Assembly: GCA_964291675.2 (NCBI GenBank)
Contig: OZ219866.1
Location: 3,136,001 to 3,200,000, forward strand
Direction of reading: 5' to 3'
DNA: 64,000 nucleotides
From: Alphaproteobacteria bacterium
Lineage (GTDB): Bacteria > Pseudomonadota > Alphaproteobacteria > MPNO01
Every line of letters starts with the position of its first letter. The first letter of the stretch is position 1. Below, in pieces: positions 57,127 through 64,000 of this stretch. Below the pieces are notes generated by a model. The model saw only the letters and a list, made by a program, of their open reading frames with translations, was not told where the DNA came from and made no database searches. Both the position numbers and the translations under genes were made by a program.

Positions 57127-57321
57127 TCGTCAGCAGCGGCCGGCCATCGACCCTGATACGTCACCCCGCGAACACCACCCCTTGAACTTCGGATTCGGCT
57201 CCCGATCTAGGCTGCGGACGGCGGCGAAAAAAGTGCTTGCATCCGACGCCGCCGAGCTTCATATCGCGGCGCCTCAGAGCGCTTGTGCAACCGTCCGACA
57301 AGGCCGCGTACCGTGGCGCAA

Positions 57322-58584
57322 ATGACCGCTTTCCTCGCCGAGCCGAGATCGATGTTCGCGCCCATCGCCGCCCTTCTGGCCGGCGTGGCGCTGCTGATGC
57401 TGGGCAACGGGCTGTTTCTCACCCTGGTGCCGCTGCGCGCCGAGCTCGAGGGCTTCGGCGCGGTCTGGATCGGGGCCATCGGCGCGGCCTATTTCACCGG
57501 CTTCGTGCTGGGTTGCTATCTGGTGCCGCCGCTGGTCTCCCGGGTCGGCCATATCCGGGTCTATGCCGCGGTCGCGGCTCTCGGCGCCATCGTTCCGCTG
57601 CTGCACGCGCTGGCGCTGCTCCCGGCGGCCTGGATCCTGTTTCGCATCGTGCTGGGGCTGTGCATTTCCGGGCTCTACATGGTGATCGAGAGCTGGCTCA
57701 ACGCCGCCTCGACCCCGCGCAACCGGGGCACCGTGTTCTCGGCCTATATCGCGATCCACCTGGCGGCCGTCACCGCGGGTCAATACCTCATCCTGATCGA
57801 TTCTCCGGGCGGCCCGGAGCTGTTCTCCGTGGCGACGATCCTGTTCGCGCTCGCCGTCGTCCCGGTCTGCCTGAGCCGCGCGCCGTCGCCGTCGCTGCCG
57901 GTGCGGGCGCGGCCGGATCTGCGCAAGCTGTGGCGCAACTCGCAGGTCGGGGTGATCGGCTGCCTGACCAACGGCATGGCGAACGGCGCGGTCTGGAGCC
58001 TGGCGCCGATCTACGCCAAGAGCCTGGGGCTGTCGCTTGCCGGCATCGCGGTCTTCGTCAGCATCGCGATCGTCGGCGGGGCGTTCGTCCAGTACCCGCT
58101 CGGCCGCCTCTCCGACCGCCTGCCCGACCGGCGCTGGCTGATCGCCGCGCTGTGCGCGATCGCCACCTGCGCCGGTCTGGCTCTCCTGCTGCTGGCGAGT
58201 GTCCTGCCCCTTCCCGTCGTCTATGCGGCCTATTTCCTGTTCGGGGCGGCGGCGTTCTCGATCTACGGCTTTGCCGTCGCCCATGCCAACGACCATGCGG
58301 ATCCGGGCGATTTCGTCGAGATCAGCGCGGGCCTCCTGGTGATTTTCGGGATCGGCGCGGTTGTCGGACCGCTGCTCGCCTCGGCGCTCATGGAGGCGCT
58401 GGGGACCCGATACCTGTTCCTGTTCACCTGCGCGGTGCATGCCTCGGTGGCGCTGTGGACGGTCTGGCGGATGAGGCAGCGCGATGCCGTCGCGCCCGAA
58501 GACCGCGAGGACTACGTGCCGATGGTGCGGACATCGCCCAACGCCTTCGCCCTCGATCCGCGCGCCGACGACGAAGCGCCCTGA
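57322..58584 (+). CDS. MFS transporter (YcaD-like)
   Basis: RVGHIRVY, VIESWLN, QYPLGRLSDR, VAHAND. Confidence 0.9.
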   Translation: MTAFLAEPRSMFAPIAALLAGVALLMLGNGLFLTLVPLRAELEGFGAVWIGAIGAAYFTGFVLGCYLVPPLVSRVGHIRVYAAVAALGAIVPLLHALALLPAAWILFRIVLGLCISGLYMVIESWLNAASTPRNRGTVFSAYIAIHLAAVTAGQYLILIDSPGGPELFSVATILFALAVVPVCLSRAPSPSLPVRARPDLRKLWRNSQVGVIGCLTNGMANGAVWSLAPIYAKSLGLSLAGIAVFVSIAIVGGAFVQYPLGRLSDRLPDRRWLIAALCAIATCAGLALLLLASVLPLPVVYAAYFLFGAAAFSIYGFAVAHANDHADPGDFVEISAGLLVIFGIGAVVGPLLASALMEALGTRYLFLFTCAVHASVALWTVWRMRQRDAVAPEDREDYVPMVRTSPNAFALDPRADDEAP

Positions 58585-58637
58585 CAGGGGCGCCGGCCGC
58601 GCCTATCCTCGCCGCCCGGAGCCAGCGGAGGGCGCAG

Positions 58638-59483
58638 ATGAAGCTGATCAGCTACCGCCATGCGGGCAGGGAGGGGTATGGCGCCGTCAGGGACGGCGGC
58701 ATCGTCGATCTCGGCGCCCGCGTCGGCGGCGAGTTCCCGACCCTGCAAGACGCGATCGCCGGGCTCGCCTTGTCGCGCATCGAGGCCGAGGCGGGCGCGG
58801 AGCCGGATTTCGCCCTCGACGAGGTCGAGCCCATGTTTCCCGTGACCGCGCCCGGCAAGATCCTGTGCATCGGGCGGAACTATCGCGGCTACCACGAGGT
58901 GCTCGCCGATGGCGGGCCGGAATGGCCGAGCGTGTTCCCCCGGTTCGCGTCGAGCTTCGCCGCGCATGGCGAGCCCGTCCTGAAACCCCGCGTGTCCGAC
59001 GAACTGGACTTCGAGGGCGAGCTCTGCGTCATCATCGGCAAGGCGGGGCGCCACATCCCGGAGGACCGGGCGATGGACTATATCGCCGGCTACACGGCGA
59101 TGAACGAGGGCTCGGTGCGCGACTGGCAGAGCCGCGGGACGCAGAACTGCCCCGGCAAGAACTTTTACCGGGCCGGCGCGATCGGGCCCTGGATGGTGAC
59201 GGCGGACGAGGTCGGCGATATCGGCGACCTCGCGATCCGCACCAGGGTCGACGGCGAGCTTCGCCAGGACGGCTCGACCGCGATGATGATCTTCAAGGTG
59301 CCGTTCCTGATCGCCCATATCTCGCGCTTCACCTGGCTGGAGCCCGGCGACATGATCGCGACGGGAAGCCCCGGCGGCTCGGCGGTGTCCGAGCAGACGC
59401 CGCGCTGGCTCCGCCCCGGCCAGGAGGTCGAAGTCGAGGTCGAGCGGATCGGCGTGCTGAAAAACCCGGTGGCGGCGGAATAG
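58638..59483 (+). CDS. fumarylacetoacetate hydrolase-family protein
   Basis: KILCIGRNY, LDFEGEL, NEGSVRDWQ, GKNF, PGDMIATGSPGG. Confidence 0.92.
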   Translation: MKLISYRHAGREGYGAVRDGGIVDLGARVGGEFPTLQDAIAGLALSRIEAEAGAEPDFALDEVEPMFPVTAPGKILCIGRNYRGYHEVLADGGPEWPSVFPRFASSFAAHGEPVLKPRVSDELDFEGELCVIIGKAGRHIPEDRAMDYIAGYTAMNEGSVRDWQSRGTQNCPGKNFYRAGAIGPWMVTADEVGDIGDLAIRTRVDGELRQDGSTAMMIFKVPFLIAHISRFTWLEPGDMIATGSPGGSAVSEQTPRWLRPGQEVEVEVERIGVLKNPVAAE

Positions 59484-59488
59484 CGGCG

Positions 59489-60547
59489 CTACCCGCGCGG
59501 GCGCCCGAGTTCTTCCGCGAGGCGCCTGATCTCGAGCACGCGTTCGCCCGTCGCGGGATGGGTCGACAGCCATGACGGTCCGCCGCCCGCATCGTCGGCG
59601 GAAAGCCGCTCGAAGAACCGCGTCAGCGCCGCCGGATCGTAGCCCGCCCTGGAAGCGATCCCCACGCCGATCCGGTCCGCCTCGCGTTCGTGCTCGCGCG
59701 AATGGGCGAGCGAGAGAAGCAGCCCGCCTTCCAGCAGCATGTCGTCCAGAACCGGGCCCACGTCGCCGACGATCACCGCGACAAGGAGATAGGTGCCGAG
59801 GCTGCGATAGACGCGGCGTAGCCCGTGGGCCTCGGCGACATGGGCGATCTCGTGCCCCAGCACGCCCGCGATCACGTCGGGTTCGGGGAATGCCCTCACC
59901 AGCTCGTCGGTAACGACGATGGTGCCGCCCGGCAGGGCGAAGGCGTTCGGGCCCACTTTCGGCATGCTGCGGAACACCAGCTTGTAAGCGCCGAAGCGGG
60001 GCGCGGGCGCCACCGCCCCCAGCCGCTCGAACACCCCGCGCGTCCGGTTCCGTTGTTCCTCGTCCAGGCCCGACGGTTCGGCCAGCGTCCGGTCGGCGAA
60101 GGCGAGGTGGCCGTCGTCGACGGCGCGGGTGAGTGCGTCGGGGGTGAACGCCAGCGCGACGGCGACCAACGCGCCGAGCCCCCAGCGCCAGACCGCGAAG
60201 CCCGCCACGAAGGCGAGCGCCACCACGAGGACCAGCCGCGGACGCCACGCCTCCCAGCGATGCAGGCGGTCGGTGCGGTCGGTTCCCAGCAACGCATCGA
60301 CCGCGTCGTGATGGTGGCTGGTGAAGCGCCAGCCGCCGGGAAAATGGGCGGTGGCGGGCAGACTGCCCAGCCGGCGCTCGCGGCGGATCGCCGAAGGCGC
60401 TGCGCTCGCCAGCACCGTGCCGTCGTCGCGGTCGACCAGCTCGACGGCGCCGCCATCGGCCGCGGCGCGCAGACGGGCCGCGATCCGCCGCGACGATCCG
60501 GCGGCATAGGCCTCGCCCGTGGGCGCCTCAGGCGGCCGCCCCGACAT
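59489..60547 (-). CDS. M48-family zinc metallopeptidase
   Basis: PNAFALPGG, HEIAH, SREHEREAD, WLSTHP. Confidence 0.92.
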   Translation of the reverse strand: MSGRPPEAPTGEAYAAGSSRRIAARLRAAADGGAVELVDRDDGTVLASAAPSAIRRERRLGSLPATAHFPGGWRFTSHHHDAVDALLGTDRTDRLHRWEAWRPRLVLVVALAFVAGFAVWRWGLGALVAVALAFTPDALTRAVDDGHLAFADRTLAEPSGLDEEQRNRTRGVFERLGAVAPAPRFGAYKLVFRSMPKVGPNAFALPGGTIVVTDELVRAFPEPDVIAGVLGHEIAHVAEAHGLRRVYRSLGTYLLVAVIVGDVGPVLDDMLLEGGLLLSLAHSREHEREADRIGVGIASRAGYDPAALTRFFERLSADDAGGGPSWLSTHPATGERVLEIRRLAEELGRPRG

Positions 60548-61613
60548 CCGCGCCGCCTAAATCCATATAGGCATCGCCCACGGCCGATTGCCGGCATTCC
60601 GCCTCGCTGGTGAAGCGGTCGAGCGAACCCGCAGGCCTGATCCAGGTGTTGGCGCACAGATACCGCGCCACGCGGATGCGCGCCCAGGGCAGCAGCAACC
60701 CCAGCGAAGCGACGACGGCGACCGCATTGCTGATCGCGATCCACACCAGCCGCGTTGCCGAAATGGTCGATGCGAACCGGTGCCCGCCTTCGAGCGCGGT
60801 GCCGGCATAGACGGCATTGCGCACGAACGCGCCATAGATCGTCTTCAGTGGCAGGACCGCGACCAGGATCAGGCCAATGAACGCGGCCATGCCGATATCG
60901 TGCTCGTAGCCGCTGCTGCGGATTGCGCGTTCGAAATCGTCCGCAAGCCCGCTTGCCGCCAGGACGCAGACAAACAGCACGAAGACCGCGACGAACCATG
61001 CCGCCGACCATGCCGCCGTCAGGAGGAGGGCGCGATAGAACGGCCCGATCCCGCCGTTGAAGGAAAACCGCCGATCCCCCAGCGAATGCCCTCCGATCGT
61101 ATACCGTTTCATCTCCCGCGCGGCGAAAGGGAATGCCAGAAAGAGGGTAGAGGCCGCGAGGAGAGGGAAGATAGCGAAAACGCTGATGGCTCGCTGTCCC
61201 GTCCCGTCGAAGCGGAATCGGACATCCGACCAGCTCGTTACCGACGCGTTGAACCTCAGCGCCTGATAAATGAACACGGGGGTGACGCCCAACAAGCCTA
61301 TGGAACTGATGGCGAAGTCAGGGTTGAGCGACGACCAAACGCCCATCGCCCCGAACAAGCCGACCACGATGGCGCGGCCGACGAGGACCTGACGGCCCGT
61401 GGCATGGTAGCCGAAGGGCCGGCCGCCGATGGTGGTGTTGCCGAGGAAGTACTTCTTGTTCCTGACCTTCGCCCAGGCCGAGTAGATGCCGAGCGTGGCG
61501 ATCGACAGCAGCACGTTGACGATCCAGATGCCGAAATATTCGCGGGCATCGCCGGTAAACCGGACGGGGACGGTTTCGGTCGCACCATGCATCTCGCTCT
61601 GCCTTTGCTGCAT
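60528..61613 (-). CDS. YjgN/DUF898-family membrane protein (copy next to M48)
   Basis: FTGDAREYFGIWIVNVLLSIATLGIYSAWAKVR, SLGLLLPWARIR; alternative start 61592. Confidence 0.9.
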   Translation of the reverse strand: MQQRQSEMHGATETVPVRFTGDAREYFGIWIVNVLLSIATLGIYSAWAKVRNKKYFLGNTTIGGRPFGYHATGRQVLVGRAIVVGLFGAMGVWSSLNPDFAISSIGLLGVTPVFIYQALRFNASVTSWSDVRFRFDGTGQRAISVFAIFPLLAASTLFLAFPFAAREMKRYTIGGHSLGDRRFSFNGGIGPFYRALLLTAAWSAAWFVAVFVLFVCVLAASGLADDFERAIRSSGYEHDIGMAAFIGLILVAVLPLKTIYGAFVRNAVYAGTALEGGHRFASTISATRLVWIAISNAVAVVASLGLLLPWARIRVARYLCANTWIRPAGSLDRFTSEAECRQSAVGDAYMDLGGADVGAAA

Positions 61614-61654
61614 GCGGTGCGTCCCGGATGCGCCAAGGCGCGCGGGCTGTCCAT

Positions 61655-61684
61655 GCGGCGTTTCGCCGCGCCACGCCGGCAGCA
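61655..61684 (-). pseudogene. degenerate remnant of the M48 gene 5' end
   Basis: 22/30 nt identical to 60477-60506; AAGVARRNAA versus AAGSSRRIAA. Confidence 0.5.
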
Positions 61685-61706
61685 GGGAAACCGGGGCGCC
61701 CCTGTC

Positions 61707-62771
61707 TCAGACGGCGGCGCCGACATCGATGCCCTCGATGTCCAGGAAAGCATCGCCGAACGCCGACTGCCGGCGCTCGGCCTCGCCGACGAAGTCGTCG
61801 AGCGAACCGGCGGGCCTTATGAAGGTATGGGCGCACAAATAGTGCGCCACGCGAATCCGTGCCCAAGGGAGCAGCATTCCCATCGAGAAGACGACGGCGA
61901 GTGCGTTGCTGATGGCGATCCAGACCAGCCTGGGCGGCGCGATCGTCGATTCGAAGCGGTGGCCGCCTTCGAGGGCGGTTCCGGCGTAAATCGCGTTGCG
62001 CGTGAAGGCGCCGTATATCGTGGCCGCGGGAAACAGCGCCACGAACCAGATCGCCGCGGCGACGAACAGCATGAGGATGGTGACGCCGTCGGACGGATCG
62101 CCGGTCTGGAGGTCGAGCATGACCCGCTCCGCCATCCCGCTGTTCAGGATCACCCCGAGGGTCAACGCGATGCCGACGACGGCCCATATGGCGGTGCAGA
62201 GGAACGCGACGTAGAACGGTCCGATCCCGCTGTCGAAGGCGAAGCGGTGCCCGCCCAGCCGATGTCGACCGATTCTGTATCGCGCGGCGGCCCTGGTCAC
62301 GTAGGGAAGTGCCAGATAGAGGCTGAAGAGCGCAAGAAACGGGTAGAGCAGGAACACGAGGAAAGCGGGCCAGTAGCTCCCTTCGAACCGGAAGCGCAGA
62401 TTGGACCAGCTGGTCATTGCCGCGTTGAAGCGCAGCCCCCGATTGATCAGCCAGGGCAGGATCGCCGCGTACAACAGGACCAGAACAGGCACCGCGACCG
62501 GAAGGAAGGTCGAGGCGACGGAATACAGCGCGATCGCCGCGACCACGATGGCGCGGCCGATGAGTATCTGGAGGCCCGCGGCGTGATACGCGAACGGCCG
62601 GCCGTCGATGCTCGTGTTGCCCAGGAAGTACTGCCTGTTTCGCACCTTCGCCCAGGCCGAGTAGACGCCGAGCGTGACGATCGACAGCAGCAGATTGATC
62701 AGCCAGATGCCGAAATATTCCCGGGCGTTGCCGGAGAATTGCACCGGGATCGCCGAAGTTGCAAACTGCAC
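61707..62771 (-). CDS. YjgN/DUF898-family membrane protein (upstream copy)
   Basis: FSGNAREYFGIWLINLLLSIVTLGVYSAWAKVR, LPWARIR; GTG start. Confidence 0.9.
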   Translation of the reverse strand: MQFATSAIPVQFSGNAREYFGIWLINLLLSIVTLGVYSAWAKVRNRQYFLGNTSIDGRPFAYHAAGLQILIGRAIVVAAIALYSVASTFLPVAVPVLVLLYAAILPWLINRGLRFNAAMTSWSNLRFRFEGSYWPAFLVFLLYPFLALFSLYLALPYVTRAAARYRIGRHRLGGHRFAFDSGIGPFYVAFLCTAIWAVVGIALTLGVILNSGMAERVMLDLQTGDPSDGVTILMLFVAAAIWFVALFPAATIYGAFTRNAIYAGTALEGGHRFESTIAPPRLVWIAISNALAVVFSMGMLLPWARIRVAHYLCAHTFIRPAGSLDDFVGEAERRQSAFGDAFLDIEGIDVGAAV

Positions 62772-62853
62772 GCGCTATTTCTTTCCATGCGGGTGTCCCG
62801 CCTACATGGGGATGGCCGCGAGGCGTGTCAATTGGCCGCCGCGCCGGGCGGGA

Positions 62854-64000
62854 TCAGTGGAACAGCAGCGACGGGTACCAGAGCACCGCGACGATGCGGT
62901 CGAACATGACATAGAGGAAGACCCATCCCGCCGCCGCGTAGATCGCCGCGATCCACCACCGGTAGCGGCCCCAGACCAGGAGGTAGAGGGCGACGAACAG
63001 GGGAAGGGCGACGAGCTGGCCGGCGGCGACGGTGACCGCGAAGAGGCCGATCCACCAGAGATAGAGCTGGCCCACGCGGAAAAGCTCGCGGCCTACCGGG
63101 AAGACCTCGCCGCCCTCGGCGCGGAGGCGGCGGATCTCCCGCGCGCCCTGCCAGAGGGCGACCGCGGCAAGGCAGATCGCCGGGATCATGGTGATCATCG
63201 GGGTCCCGCCGACATCGGCCGGCCAGGCGAAGGTCGGCACCAGCCCGTAGACGCAGGCCGCGAGCAGTATGCCGACCGCGACCATGGACACCGTCGGGTC
63301 GGTGCGCCCGAGATCGGCGACGATGCTGGTTCCCGCCTCCCGCCGCGTCCGGCTCCGCCGGACCGCGAAGACGATGGAAAGCACGATCAGCACGCCGATG
63401 ACCAGGCAGATCGGCCGTCCGAGCCAGGACAGGCCGTCATGCGCCGAGCTGGTGATGAACAGCGCGTTCTCCATGATCGGGCCGATCACGAAGCCCAGCA
63501 CCATCGGCGGGCGCGGCACCCCGCCATGCTTCATCGCGTAGCCGACCAGGCCGAAGACCAGCAGCGCGATCCAGTCGCCGATATTGGAGTTGGCGAGCCA
63601 CGCGCCCATGAACACGAAGAGCACGATCGCCGGCACCACCAGATGTCCCGGCAGGAAGGTCACCCTCGCCACCTGCCGGGCGAGCAGCATCAGCAGCAGC
63701 GCGCCCGCGACATTGGCGATCACCAGCGTCCACATCAGCGAGAAGGTGATGTCGAGCTTGCTGGTCAGCATCTCCGGCCCGGGCGTCATGTCCTGGATCA
63801 TCAGCGCGCCGAGCAGGATCGCCATCGAGGCGCTGCCCGGGATACCGAAGGCGACGGTCGGGATCAGCGCGCCCCCTTTCATCGCGTTGTTGGCGGTCTC
63901 GGGCGCGATCACCCCGCGCACGTCGCCCTTGCCGAACCCTGCCTTGTCCTTCGCGCTCTGCACCACGTGGCCGTAGGCGACCCAGTCGACGATGGAGCCG
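62854..64000 (-). CDS. tripartite tricarboxylate transporter TctA with TctB-like C-terminal extension (5' truncated by window end)
   Basis: GVIAPETANNA, IPTVAFGIPGS, RPPMVLGFVIGPIME, then extra TM helices ending MFDRIVAVLWY. Confidence 0.88.
   Translation of the reverse strand, partial: GSIVDWVAYGHVVQSAKDKAGFGKGDVRGVIAPETANNAMKGGALIPTVAFGIPGSASMAILLGALMIQDMTPGPEMLTSKLDITFSLMWTLVIANVAGALLLMLLARQVARVTFLPGHLVVPAIVLFVFMGAWLANSNIGDWIALLVFGLVGYAMKHGGVPRPPMVLGFVIGPIMENALFITSSAHDGLSWLGRPICLVIGVLIVLSIVFAVRRSRTRREAGTSIVADLGRTDPTVSMVAVGILLAACVYGLVPTFAWPADVGGTPMITMIPAICLAAVALWQGAREIRRLRAEGGEVFPVGRELFRVGQLYLWWIGLFAVTVAAGQLVALPLFVALYLLVWGRYRWWIAAIYAAAGWVFLYVMFDRIVAVLWYPSLLFH

Overview
High-GC alphaproteobacterial chromosome segment; gene order and protein sequences suggest a Rhodospirillales-like organism (inference). 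Bases 1-20.6 kb hold the core cluster rpoB(3' end)-rpoC-rpsL-rpsG-fusA-tuf-S10-spc-secY-adk, which stops after adk without the usual rpsM-rpsK-rpoA-rplQ. The rest is accessory and metabolic: a bicupin dioxygenase plus DapA-family aldolase; an ECF sigma factor coupled to a membrane-anchored YfbK-like VWA protein; an aryl-acid ligase/amidohydrolase/SDR set; EmrAB with a SlyA/MarR-like box; nested palindromic repeats; a TauD-TauD-PhyH-TRAP-molybdoenzyme cluster; GT25, gloB, metXW and chorismate mutase-hisC-tyrC; two EamA transporters and chaC; an Xis-like HTH + PIN module; tandem yjgN + M48 peptidase; and a TctA-TctB fusion cut by the window end. The most striking structure is a second, synonymously recoded copy of the last 18 codons plus stop of the VWA gene 1460 bp away, bracketing an orphan membrane-protein gene with an internal duplication. 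No rRNA, tRNA, CRISPR array, integrase, transposase or reverse transcriptase was recognised. All calls come from reading motifs by eye; no database searches were run.
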